Positions 1 through 9,875 of a stretch of 64,000 nucleotides of DNA are shown one piece after another. Source of the stretch: Candidatus Omnitrophota bacterium (GTDB lineage: Bacteria; Omnitrophota; Gorgyraeia; JAHJTE01); the NCBI GenBank assembly GCA_018830005.1, contig JAHJTE010000004.1:16792-80791 (forward strand), read 5' to 3'. A program made the position numbers and the translations under genes. The notes under the pieces were generated by a model that saw only the letters and a program-made list of their open reading frames with translations, ran no database searches and was not told the origin of the DNA. Within the stretch, counting starts at the first letter, position 1. Each line of letters opens with the position of its first letter.

Positions 1-1
1 A

Positions 2-247
2 ATAAATCAGCAAAACAACGAATTAATTGTTGCCATTAAAGATATGGGTAAAGGCATCTCAAAAGAATCGCTTCTTCATATCTTTGACCCCTTCTTCACA
101 ACCTCAAGCAAAGGAACAGGTTTAGGTTTATCTATTACTCATGGAATTATTAAAGAGCATGGTGGAAGAATTAAGATTGAAAGTAAACTTGGGATAGGAA
201 GTGAGGTTGAAATAAGGTTAATTATGCAACAGGCAACTCAATTATAA
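2..247 (+). CDS. sensor histidine kinase, C-terminal HATPase_c fragment (5' truncated by window edge)
   Basis: Frame open from base 2 (INQQNNELIVAIKDMGKGIS...); G1 box DxGxG, F box IFDPFFTT, G2 box KGTGLGL. Confidence 0.9.
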   Translation: MNQQNNELIVAIKDMGKGISKESLLHIFDPFFTTSSKGTGLGLSITHGIIKEHGGRIKIESKLGIGSEVEIRLIMQQATQL

Positions 248-2378
248 AAGTTGTACCTTTTTTATATGTAGATTCAACTGAAATCTTACCCTTATGGTTA
301 TTGGTGACGATTTTTTGTATAACAAAAAGCCCTAAGCCAGTGCCTTTTTTTGCTGACGCTTTAGTGGTAAAGAATGGGGTAAAGAGCTTATCAAAATCTT
401 CCTTCTTTACACCCATTCCATTGTCTGATACTTTAATTTGTAATTTGTCATCCTTTTGTTGACCAAGAATATCAATTATTCCTTTATAATCATCTTGCCT
501 TAACTCTTCTTTTCTTTGTTTAATAGCAAAATAGCCGTTATCGATTAAATTAAAAAAGACCTCTTGAAGCTGAGTAAGATTCCCCTTTATTTTAGGTAGA
601 TTCTTACTGTAACTACGCTTGATTTCTATCTCACTTAATTTGACCTTGTATTGTGCCATTTCTAAGGCTGCATCAACAATTGAATCCAAAGAAACTGATT
701 CAAATCCTTGTTCTCCAGGTCTGGAATATTTAAGCAAACCCCTGACAATCTCTCCGCCTTTTTTTACGTTATCTTGTACCTTCTCTAATGCATGCTCGAC
801 CTGATTAAATACTTCTTCTATTTCCGCTGGAATCCTCCTTTTTTTAGTAATTTTTAAAGTATCAATTGTATCTCCTGCGATCATACTTAATGCCTGAAAT
901 CTATTATTTATTTGATGTGACAGACCATCTGCCATAGTTCCAACCGTAGCCATTTTTTCAGCTTGGAAAAGCTGTTCTTGTGTGCGTTGTACCTCTTCGT
1001 AAAATTGAGCATTTTCTATAGCCAGCGCTGCCTGATTAGCCAATGTAGTCAACACATTTAAGTCATCCTGAGTATACATCCTTCCGGTTTTTTTATCTCC
1101 TAAGGTTAAAAAGCCAAGAAGCGCATCTTCGACAAGACACGGAATAATCACTGATGCATTTAAATCTTTCATCACAAGCTCTAAATCGTTCATTTGAGAA
1201 TAAGTAAGATTGAGAAACTTTAATTCTTCATAAACAATTGGACATTGCTCATTACCAAGATACTGGATAAGAGATTCATTGACATCCAGACTTACCCTAT
1301 TCGAACTAATAAAACGAGTTGATTTTAGAGTATATTGATTTAAATTTTGATCAGACAAAAATACTTGAGCGTTGACTGTCTTAAGAGCTTTAGTTATAAA
1401 ATGCACTATAAGACCAAGAAGTTTTCTCAGATTTCTAATTTGGACCATCCCTTGAGACGCTTTAAGTAATAGATTGTGGGCATGTCTCTCATCGGCCAAA
1501 AGTCTATTTAGTGCCTTCTGTTGTAAGTACATAAATAAGTAAGGACCAGTGGTAGCAAACAAAAGCAGAGCCAACATTGGAACCCAAGTCCAACCTTTAC
1601 CAAAAATACTCATTAACCAATTTCTCCCCCAACCCGCTAGGCCAAAAGGAATGCCTAAGACTAAAGTATATACAACTCCAACAATCGCTCCTTTTGCAAC
1701 AGCAACCCTGATATCCATAATGCGATATCTTAAAATAGCATAGGTTGCAATAAGCGGATAGAAGACCATTATAATATTGAAAGGAAAAACTTTTATGCCG
1801 TATGTAGGTAGAAAATGGGAGCAACCACCAATAAATGCTATAAAAATAGGAAAAAGTAAATATTTAAGTTGGTTTTGTCTAGCTCCAGTTGAATTGATAT
1901 ATTCTTTAACTAAAATAGTGAAGGCATACAAAATAGAACTAAACCAAAGCAAGGTCGCGATAACATAAATACTATTAACTGCCCTGACGTAATAAAAAGA
2001 GTTGAACATGAACTCAAGTTTATATCCCATCTTATTTGAAAAATTTAGAAAGATAAAAAATATTGGATCAACAATATAGAAAAAGTATAATATTTTTCTT
2101 TTCTTAATTGCGCATAATTCTAACACCGTATGTAAAAAGGCTATGGAGATAAACATAGCCCAGAAATGGCCAAATTTCCACCAGAAAATCGCCCCATTAA
2201 TATCCAAAGTTTTATTGCCGACAAAAAATAAACTGAGGCCCCAAAATGCATTGGCAATATTAAATAAAACCCAATATTTATGAAGTTTTAGTTTACCAAA
2301 AATTGAAATTATAATGGCGAGAGTAAAGCAAGTAAAAAAGATTAAGCCACCAAATATTGATAATAGGCTTGGACTCAT
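222..2378 (-). CDS. multi-TM (HisKA_7TM-like) GAF sensor histidine kinase
   Basis: ~9 hydrophobic N-terminal segments; GAF-like end LTTLANQAALAIENA; H-box LSHQINN; N box FFNLIDN; DNGMG, FTPFFTT, GTGLGL. Confidence 0.92.
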   Translation of the reverse strand: MSPSLLSIFGGLIFFTCFTLAIIISIFGKLKLHKYWVLFNIANAFWGLSLFFVGNKTLDINGAIFWWKFGHFWAMFISIAFLHTVLELCAIKKRKILYFFYIVDPIFFIFLNFSNKMGYKLEFMFNSFYYVRAVNSIYVIATLLWFSSILYAFTILVKEYINSTGARQNQLKYLLFPIFIAFIGGCSHFLPTYGIKVFPFNIIMVFYPLIATYAILRYRIMDIRVAVAKGAIVGVVYTLVLGIPFGLAGWGRNWLMSIFGKGWTWVPMLALLLFATTGPYLFMYLQQKALNRLLADERHAHNLLLKASQGMVQIRNLRKLLGLIVHFITKALKTVNAQVFLSDQNLNQYTLKSTRFISSNRVSLDVNESLIQYLGNEQCPIVYEELKFLNLTYSQMNDLELVMKDLNASVIIPCLVEDALLGFLTLGDKKTGRMYTQDDLNVLTTLANQAALAIENAQFYEEVQRTQEQLFQAEKMATVGTMADGLSHQINNRFQALSMIAGDTIDTLKITKKRRIPAEIEEVFNQVEHALEKVQDNVKKGGEIVRGLLKYSRPGEQGFESVSLDSIVDAALEMAQYKVKLSEIEIKRSYSKNLPKIKGNLTQLQEVFFNLIDNGYFAIKQRKEELRQDDYKGIIDILGQQKDDKLQIKVSDNGMGVKKEDFDKLFTPFFTTKASAKKGTGLGLFVIQKIVTNNHKGKISVESTYKKGTTFIIELPVA

Positions 2379-2399
2379 AAGTTTTTAGCTTTTTTAAAT

Positions 2400-3848
2400 C
2401 TAAATTTTAAAAATTTCACCAAGAAGTATTTTTGCAGTTTCAATGCCGCTGTATGCGGCAGGGCTTACTCCGCTACTCCTGTTCAACCAATGCCCAGTTA
2501 AATACAAATTCTTTATTTTTGTTTTTTGTGAGAAATTGGGATCGCAAAATTGCGTTGTTGTATCTGCCCAGCCATACGCAGAACCTTTATAGTTCAACGT
2601 TGATTTAAATAGAGTAAAAGGAGTGGCAATGATTTTTATCTTTATATGCTCTGTAATATCTGGCAGTAATCTCTCAGCTAATTTTATCATTTTTCCACTA
2701 ATTACATTTTTTTTATTTTCATTCCAAAATCTTTCATTTACAAAAGGCATATTAACAAATAGAAATAAAGACTCTTTTGTGCTCCTTTTATCTAAGAAAG
2801 AGTTATTCTTTACAGATGAACTGGTTATTCCAATGTAATCATACTCCTTATTCAATAGATTAGTATAAATTTTCTCAATATTATTATAATTATTATTTAT
2901 AATCCAAATGTGTGATTTTAAATCAGGTAAATTATCCAGATCTTTACTGATTCCCAAATAAACTAAAAAAGCCGACAAAGACGTTTCTCTAGTATGTATT
3001 CTATTAGAAATTGTTTTAGGAACCTTCGTTGCATCGATAAGACTATGGAAAGTTTCATGAAGATCGCAAGCAGCTATAACAACTTTAGAAAAAATAGACT
3101 TTCCGCTTTCTAATATAACACCTCTAGCAATATTGTCTTCGAGTATAATTTTTTTTACCATTGTAGCTAAGGTAACGGTCCCTCCGAATTCAGAAAATTT
3201 ATTTGCTAAAGCATTTGAAAATTTCTGCATACCACCTAATGGGTAATACCCTCCATCAAAAATAAAGTCTCTATAAAGTAAATATGCCGCAAGAGTTGAT
3301 AATCGCGATGGAGGAACACCTGTATAACCTAATAATACAATAGATAATATAGTCTTTAATTCTTCATTAGTAAAATAGAAATCAAGGTTGTTCTTAAAAG
3401 AAGTGTTTCTCATTTTTGAAAGAGAAGTAATAGGAGAGAATAATATTTTTTCAAAAAATTTTTTTATAGCTTTTTCTTGTTTTGGAAAATACCTTTGCAG
3501 TTCCCCAATAGTTTTACCAACGCTACCATATAAGTTGACTTTATAATTTGGGGTTATTACAATATCTCTAATCTCATAATTAATAAATTCTAAATCATTT
3601 TTTAAGTCAAGTTCTTGAATAATTCTTTGCAAGCTACCGTCTTTACCACAACCGCTCAAAGAACAAACACAGGCATCAAAGAAAAAACCCTGTCTAACAA
3701 AAGAAGCACAATATCCTCCCGGACTTATATTTTTTTCCACAATTAAAGTGTTAACCCCTCTTTTTGCCAAATAACAACCACAGATAAGCCCACTAATGCC
3801 TCCACCAATAATCACTACGTCGTAATCACACTTATTAAAATTTTTCAT
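2400..3848 (-). CDS. phytoene desaturase (CrtI)-like FAD-dependent oxidoreductase
   Basis: GGGISG dinucleotide-binding motif, EKNxxPGG, GYYPLGG, C-terminal NLYLTGHW..GV. Confidence 0.88.
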   Translation of the reverse strand: MKNFNKCDYDVVIIGGGISGLICGCYLAKRGVNTLIVEKNISPGGYCASFVRQGFFFDACVCSLSGCGKDGSLQRIIQELDLKNDLEFINYEIRDIVITPNYKVNLYGSVGKTIGELQRYFPKQEKAIKKFFEKILFSPITSLSKMRNTSFKNNLDFYFTNEELKTILSIVLLGYTGVPPSRLSTLAAYLLYRDFIFDGGYYPLGGMQKFSNALANKFSEFGGTVTLATMVKKIILEDNIARGVILESGKSIFSKVVIAACDLHETFHSLIDATKVPKTISNRIHTRETSLSAFLVYLGISKDLDNLPDLKSHIWIINNNYNNIEKIYTNLLNKEYDYIGITSSSVKNNSFLDKRSTKESLFLFVNMPFVNERFWNENKKNVISGKMIKLAERLLPDITEHIKIKIIATPFTLFKSTLNYKGSAYGWADTTTQFCDPNFSQKTKIKNLYLTGHWLNRSSGVSPAAYSGIETAKILLGEIFKI

Positions 3849-3862
3849 TTTATCGTTTTTGC

Positions 3863-5413
3863 TTATAAAGCAACTTTTCCATTCGTTAATTTACCCTTTA
3901 ACACAATATCAGAGAAAGAGGTGGCAGAAATTAGAGCACCCGGAATACCTGCGCCAGGAAAAGTTTTGGCGCCCACTAAAAACAAATTCTCTATAGGTGT
4001 CTTATTATGGAATCTTCTAAGAAGTGTTTGTTGAGGACTAGCTGCAATATCATAAATTGCTCCTTCTGTTGCATTAAGCCATTTTTCAAAAGAAACAGGA
4101 GTTAATACATTGCTAAGCTTTACTTTTTTTATAACCCAAAATTTCCTAATTTCTTTGATTACTAATTGAACGATTTCGCTCTTTAAATCTTCATATTCTT
4201 TCCTTCCATACAAATTTATAAATTTTTTCCATAAAATGTAATTTGCAGGCAGCCAACCAATATTAAAAATATAAATGTTCTCTGAATCAAAGTTATCAAA
4301 ATTGCTTAAGCAATTGATATTTACTGATAACACTGGTTTAGTATACGACTGTGAATTAAATTTAAACAACATCTTTAGTCTTTTTTCTAAATCTATGCGG
4401 AGTGGCAGTACTATCGTCCCAACAGACAAAAAGTCTCGATTTAACTCTGCCTCAGCTATCAAATGGATTTGTATCGCAGAACAAGACATCTTTAATTCTA
4501 CGGCTCTATTAATAAGATTTTGCGGTAAAAATCTTCTCTCGATTAATTCTAAAAATGTTTTTTTACTATCGATATTAGAGGCAATTTTTTTAGCGTAATA
4601 TTCATTATTATTTTTATCTCTAACCCCGTAAGTTACCTTTTTACTATTTAAAAGAATTTTATCAACTTCCGTGTTATACAATATTCTCCCACCTAATTCT
4701 TCAAAATTCGAAGCCAATATAACTGGAATCCTTCCAAACCCCCCTTTTACAAAACAGCTTTTATCTGTATGATATGCCCCTAATAAACATATCATATACA
4801 ACGCTGACACAGCACCTTTTTCTAATCCTAGGTAAAGCCAATAAACAGAAATAATTTCTTTCAACGCAGGGGAACTTATAAACCTATTTAAGAACTTTTC
4901 AAAAGTATAATTTCTGTATTTAAAAAGGTGCGGAAATAAAAATGGATACAAAAACAAAATAGACAAAGATGGATTAGAATAGCTTTTTACCGCTTCATGC
5001 TGCCATATTTTTGTTATTTCATTAAATAATTTTTTAATATTTTTATGCTCGGCAGGAAAATAAAGTTTTAATTCTTCGGCGTATTTACTAAAATCCCCGT
5101 AACAAAATATTGGTTTATTTTGATTTTTAGGTATATAAATAAAAGGTTTTTCTAATTCTAAAAATTCGAACCTTTCATTTATATTTAAATAATCAAAAAT
5201 TCTATTTACAACCGCCCCTTCTCTAATACCACATAAAGAATGGGTTATGTCAATTGGATAACCATCTTTATAGAAAGTAGTTACAGCTCCACCTGGTACC
5301 TGATTTTTTTCTAAAATCAAGACTTTCATGCCATTTTTGGCAAGTATATTACCAGCAGTTAATCCGCCTATACCAGCGCCGATAATTATTACATCATATT
5401 CGTCTTTTTTCAT
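3863..5413 (-). CDS. phytoene desaturase (CrtI)-like FAD-dependent oxidoreductase, second paralog
   Basis: GAGIGG, EKNQVPGG, C-terminal NLFLVGAKTFPGAGIPGA; ATG at 5413 preferred over TTG at 5419. Confidence 0.88.
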   Translation of the reverse strand: MKKDEYDVIIIGAGIGGLTAGNILAKNGMKVLILEKNQVPGGAVTTFYKDGYPIDITHSLCGIREGAVVNRIFDYLNINERFEFLELEKPFIYIPKNQNKPIFCYGDFSKYAEELKLYFPAEHKNIKKLFNEITKIWQHEAVKSYSNPSLSILFLYPFLFPHLFKYRNYTFEKFLNRFISSPALKEIISVYWLYLGLEKGAVSALYMICLLGAYHTDKSCFVKGGFGRIPVILASNFEELGGRILYNTEVDKILLNSKKVTYGVRDKNNNEYYAKKIASNIDSKKTFLELIERRFLPQNLINRAVELKMSCSAIQIHLIAEAELNRDFLSVGTIVLPLRIDLEKRLKMLFKFNSQSYTKPVLSVNINCLSNFDNFDSENIYIFNIGWLPANYILWKKFINLYGRKEYEDLKSEIVQLVIKEIRKFWVIKKVKLSNVLTPVSFEKWLNATEGAIYDIAASPQQTLLRRFHNKTPIENLFLVGAKTFPGAGIPGALISATSFSDIVLKGKLTNGKVAL

Positions 5414-5415
5414 AG

Positions 5416-6714
5416 TCAATCTATCTTCTTAAACACTGCTGCGGCGTTAAAGCCTGCAAATGCACAGCAGGTTTTCATTATTATATTAAGCTTGCTTTTT
5501 ATTTCTGTTTTTACTAAAGAAATATTAAATTTTGGATCTGGCTTATCATAGTTTAGCGTTGCTGGTACTATGCCATTTTTGAGTGCCAACAAAAGGATCG
5601 CCGCCTCTAATAAAGCACTACCACCTAAATTATGTCCCACATAAGGTTTAAAGGTTGAAATTAAAGGTTTTTTTTGATTTGTTTCAAAAACATCGGTTAT
5701 TGCCTTAGCTTCATAATAATCAATCGGCTGAGATCCTACACCATGCGGACAAAGAAAGTCTATCTTTTCTTTATCAATGCCACTATTTTTTAGTGCTTTT
5801 GAAATTGCTTTTTGATATGAGTTCCCTCCTATTTGGGGAACAGTAATCTTCCAGCCTTCAAGATCAAAACCCCCGCCTAGATATTCGGCGTATATTTGTG
5901 CCTTACGTTTTCTAGCATGTTCTAAATCTTCTATTGCAATGGCTGCACCACCATCGCCAAAAACAAGACCGTTACTATCTTTACAAAATGGCCTAACCAT
6001 TCCGTCAGGAGAATATATTCCTAACTCATGAAACCACAAGTACTTATATATATCAGGATAGTCTGAAGCTGCTATAATAACAGCTTTGGCTTGGTTATTT
6101 CTTATTATTTGACTTGCTGCTTCAATGGCGTATAAACCTGAAGCACAGGCATTATTAATAAATAATGAATAATTATGAATATTAAAGACTCTAGCAATGT
6201 GGAATAAATCTGCGAAGGTTTGAATATCGTATCCGCTTTTCAGGAAAGCGCGATAAAACTTATCAAAAAAAACCTTTTTAGAAATATCCTTTTTTCTTTT
6301 ATTTATTAGCATTTCGTAAGCGAGATCACTTACCTTAAAACCAAATGGCATTAGTCCAAGATTTTCGTGAGCCAATACCAGGCTGATGTTATTATCCTTG
6401 CGATTATACTCTAGCCCGCTGTCATCCAAGGCCAGCTTAATAGCAGCGATAAGATAATTTAAATCAATTATTTCTTCGCCCTCCTTCCATTCTTTAATAT
6501 CATTTAATTTGTCTTTATCTATTCCAAAATCTGAAATATCAAAATTTTCAACTTTATGAAAATAGAATTGATCCCAAATCTCACCATCAAGAGTGCATTT
6601 CTCAAGCTTTAGATTAGTTCTTTGCTGGAGAATGCCCTGCCAAAGTTTATCTTTGCCTATTCCAATAGAGCTTATGGGACCTATACCGGTTATAACAATT
6701 CTCTTATCAGGCAT
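5416..6714 (-). CDS. divergent beta-ketoacyl-ACP synthase (FabB/F fold), catalytic triad intact
   Basis: RIVITGIG start; NNACASG (Cys), CPHGVG (His), KPYVGHNLG (His), FAGFNA end. Confidence 0.88.
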   Translation of the reverse strand: MPDKRIVITGIGPISSIGIGKDKLWQGILQQRTNLKLEKCTLDGEIWDQFYFHKVENFDISDFGIDKDKLNDIKEWKEGEEIIDLNYLIAAIKLALDDSGLEYNRKDNNISLVLAHENLGLMPFGFKVSDLAYEMLINKRKKDISKKVFFDKFYRAFLKSGYDIQTFADLFHIARVFNIHNYSLFINNACASGLYAIEAASQIIRNNQAKAVIIAASDYPDIYKYLWFHELGIYSPDGMVRPFCKDSNGLVFGDGGAAIAIEDLEHARKRKAQIYAEYLGGGFDLEGWKITVPQIGGNSYQKAISKALKNSGIDKEKIDFLCPHGVGSQPIDYYEAKAITDVFETNQKKPLISTFKPYVGHNLGGSALLEAAILLLALKNGIVPATLNYDKPDPKFNISLVKTEIKSKLNIIMKTCCAFAGFNAAAVFKKID

Positions 6715-6717
6715 AGC

Positions 6718-6984
6718 TTATACTTTATTTTTTTTCTCTAGAGCTTCTTTTAAGACTTTAAGTGCTTCTGCAATAGTAGTAATTTGAGGAATCTGTTCAT
6801 CTCTGATAGAGACCTTGAACTTCCGCTCAATCGCAACTGAAATCTCGATTGCTTTAATCGAATCAACGCCTAAATCCTTCCAAAAATTTGCATCTGGCTT
6901 TAATTCTTTAGTATCTCTACCAGTGACATTAGCGACTAATTCTATTAATTCTTGTTTAAGCTTATCAAGCATTTCTTCTGGCAT
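6718..6984 (-). CDS. acyl carrier protein
   Basis: 88 aa; phosphopantetheine site DLGVDSI. Confidence 0.93.
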   Translation of the reverse strand: MPEEMLDKLKQELIELVANVTGRDTKELKPDANFWKDLGVDSIKAIEISVAIERKFKVSIRDEQIPQITTIAEALKVLKEALEKKNKV

Positions 6985-6991
6985 GTAGACA

Positions 6992-8206
6992 TCATCTCCT
7001 TTTGTATTTCTTTATTGCAAGTGAAGAATTATTGCCACCAAAGGCAAAACCATTATTCAAGGCAACATCTACTCTTTGTTTTCTTGCGGCATTAGGAACG
7101 CAATCGATATCACACTCAGGATCAGGCGTCTCAAAGTTTATTGTCGGAGCAATTACGTTATTTTCTACGCTTAAACAACAGACAATTGCTGAAATTGCAG
7201 AAGCCGCACCCATGGTATGACCCAACATTGACTTTATGGCGCTAACCGCTACCTTTCTGCCGTTGAAAACTTTTTTTATCGCTGCTGACTCTACTCTATC
7301 GTTATGCTTTGTGCCTGTTCCATGAGCACTTATATAATCTACATCATCAGGGGTTAAATCTGACTCTTTTAGTGTATTAATCATACAATCGACTATTCCT
7401 TCAACCTGAGGATTTGTCATATGAAAAGCATCACAGCTTAAACCATAACCTAATATTTCAGCATAAATAAGCGCATTTCTTTTAAGGGCACTCTCTAGGG
7501 TTTCCAATATTAGCATACCTGCCCCCTCACCTACTATCATACCTTTTCTATTCTTATCAAATGGCTGACATTTTTCAGGTGCTACAGCTCGTACTTGATT
7601 AAAGCCAGTAAAGGAAAGATAGGAAAATGCATCTGAGCCACCCACAATAACTAAATCTGCCTTATCCAATTGCAAGAGATCAAAACCATAACCTATGCCA
7701 TAATTACCAGCTGCACAAGCAGTAGTAAAAATGCGATTTATGCCCTTTGTTTTTAATTCAATTGCCATGCTAGAAGAAATATTATTTACAGGATATTGCA
7801 TTATAGACCACTTTTCCACTTTATCGTGTCCATGTTTTGTCCAAATAATATCCATTTCTTCTATTTCCTGGGCCTCGCCACCAGTTGTACCAATGCAGAT
7901 TGCTATACGTAGAGATCCAAGTCTATTAGCATTTAATTTGGCGTCGTCCAAGGCTAATTTTGCCGCAGCAATAGCAAGACGCGAAGCCCTACCCATCAAT
8001 TTTATCTTGTTTTTGCTCATGAATGATTCACAATTAAAGTCTTTAATCTCACCACCAAAATGAGTAAATTGATTCGTGGTATCAAATGACTCAACCAATG
8101 ATATACCGGATTTGCCTTTAATTAAATTGTCCCAAAAGACATCTTTACCGATGCCAATTGATGAAACGACTCCTAGACCTGTTACTACTACCCTTTTCTT
8201 TTTCAT
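6992..8206 (-). CDS. fabF: beta-ketoacyl-ACP synthase II-like (active KS)
   Basis: TTACAAG, AHGTGT, KSMLGHTMG, FAFGGNN. Confidence 0.92.
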   Translation of the reverse strand: MKKKRVVVTGLGVVSSIGIGKDVFWDNLIKGKSGISLVESFDTTNQFTHFGGEIKDFNCESFMSKNKIKLMGRASRLAIAAAKLALDDAKLNANRLGSLRIAICIGTTGGEAQEIEEMDIIWTKHGHDKVEKWSIMQYPVNNISSSMAIELKTKGINRIFTTACAAGNYGIGYGFDLLQLDKADLVIVGGSDAFSYLSFTGFNQVRAVAPEKCQPFDKNRKGMIVGEGAGMLILETLESALKRNALIYAEILGYGLSCDAFHMTNPQVEGIVDCMINTLKESDLTPDDVDYISAHGTGTKHNDRVESAAIKKVFNGRKVAVSAIKSMLGHTMGAASAISAIVCCLSVENNVIAPTINFETPDPECDIDCVPNAARKQRVDVALNNGFAFGGNNSSLAIKKYKRR

Positions 8207-8640
8207 TTTTTAACTGCAAATACTAACTCAGCCTCTGCTATCTGCTTATCTTTAACAAATGCTTTTGTACTAATAAAAGCGCCCGTTGGCAATAATTTTA
8301 CTGTTTCTGCTTCAAGGCTTAGCTGATCTCCCGGAAAAACAGGATGTATAAAACGAGCCTTTATTGAACCTAAATAATAATTTGGAACATTTACTAGCTC
8401 ATCCTCATATCCGCTGTGATAAAGCACAATGGAAGCCTGGGCCATGGCTTCAACAATTGAGGTGCCGGGCATTATAGGATTTCCAGGAAAATGACCCTGC
8501 AAAAAACTATCATTAATACTTACATTTTTAATCGCCACGACGCGTTTTCCTGGCTCCAACTCTATTACCCTATCAATTAAGAGCATTGGATGTCTATGTG
8601 GCAGAACCTTTTTTATTTGATCTATATCAAGTGTCTTCAT
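8203..8640 (-). CDS. fabZ: 3-hydroxyacyl-ACP dehydratase
   Basis: LPHRHPMLLIDRV; GHFPGNPIMPG..VEAMAQ with catalytic His and Glu. Confidence 0.92.
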   Translation of the reverse strand: MKTLDIDQIKKVLPHRHPMLLIDRVIELEPGKRVVAIKNVSINDSFLQGHFPGNPIMPGTSIVEAMAQASIVLYHSGYEDELVNVPNYYLGSIKARFIHPVFPGDQLSLEAETVKLLPTGAFISTKAFVKDKQIAEAELVFAVKK

Positions 8641-9875
8641 TTTAGTTTTCCTATTATTACCACTGTATTTGCCCCGTTAGGGCCAAAGGCATTAATCATT
8701 ATTCTGTTTAATTTATTCTTTCTACTTTTATTTGTTACGTAATTAAGATTGCAATCAGGATCTTTTTCCTGGTAATTTATAGTTGGCGGAATAAGGTCTT
8801 TGTTTAGAGCGCCGATAGCTGCAACTGTAGATAATCCACCTGAGGCACTAAATGTTTCACCTAAGATAGACTTAGGGGCAGTGATGCAAACCTCATCAGC
8901 AAAGTTACCGAAGACATCTTTAATAGCCTTTGTTTCAATTCGATCGGCGTCTTTAGTTGAGTTTGCATTTGCGAAAATGCAATCTATGTCTTCGGGTTTC
9001 AAATTTGCATCCGCTAGCGCCAATTGCATTGCCTTTACCATACCTTCGCCCTTTGGATTGAATCTGTAGAATTTAATCGGGTCAAAGCAAGAACCGATAC
9101 CAAGAACTTGGGCATAAATATTAGCCTTACGCTTTTTTGCAGAATCCAGTTCTTCTAAAATAAGAACAGTTGAGCCTTCAGAAAAAATAATGCCGTTTCT
9201 TCTTTTATCAAAAGGACAAGATAAAGGCTCGGGGTCACCGTTAAGACCAGATAGATAATTGAGCTTATAAAATCCAAGAAAGGTCTGAATGCAAAAATCT
9301 TCTACTGCACCCGTAACAACTGTATTTGTTCTTCCTAGATTTATAAAATCGCGCGCATAATCTAATGCGTCTAGGGCGGCACACATTCCTGTTGAAATTG
9401 TAGAATTAAAGCCTTTGATTTTAAATCTAATACCTATACGGCTTGCAGGAGAATTACCAACAGTGCTCGGGAAGACTGACGGATTAACATATCTGGGACC
9501 TTCCCTTAAAGATTCTTTGTCAAATTCTGAAATACTATGAAGACTCCCAAATGTCGTGCCCACAGAAACTCCAATCTGTTTAGTATTAGTTTCATTTATA
9601 TCTAATTTGGCATCGTCAATAGCAAGTTTTACAGCTGAGCTTAATAGAAGTGTCGCCCTGTCTAAATCCATTATGTTTTGAGTGTTCAATATTTGTTTAG
9701 GATTAAAATTGCTTATTTCGCCGCCAATTTTAACCTTTAGGTCTGAGGTATCAAACAGAGTAATGGGCTTAAATCCGGATTTCCCGTCCATAATGGATTG
9801 CCAGTATTCGTCTTTACCTATTCCAATAGGCGAGATGACGCCAATTCCGGTTATAACAGTTCTGCTCTTTTTCAA
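8637..9875 (-). CDS. KS-fold protein lacking the catalytic triad (chain-length-factor-like)
   Basis: Full FabF fold, but TTACAAG->STGMCAA, HGTGT->NANST, GHTMG->GETFS. Confidence 0.85.
   Translation of the reverse strand: MKKSRTVITGIGVISPIGIGKDEYWQSIMDGKSGFKPITLFDTSDLKVKIGGEISNFNPKQILNTQNIMDLDRATLLLSSAVKLAIDDAKLDINETNTKQIGVSVGTTFGSLHSISEFDKESLREGPRYVNPSVFPSTVGNSPASRIGIRFKIKGFNSTISTGMCAALDALDYARDFINLGRTNTVVTGAVEDFCIQTFLGFYKLNYLSGLNGDPEPLSCPFDKRRNGIIFSEGSTVLILEELDSAKKRKANIYAQVLGIGSCFDPIKFYRFNPKGEGMVKAMQLALADANLKPEDIDCIFANANSTKDADRIETKAIKDVFGNFADEVCITAPKSILGETFSASGGLSTVAAIGALNKDLIPPTINYQEKDPDCNLNYVTNKSRKNKLNRIMINAFGPNGANTVVIIGKLK

Noticed and set aside
2400-5413. Carotenoid biosynthesis cluster
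   Set aside because: No phytoene synthase, GGPP synthase or cyclase; the context is ACP/KS
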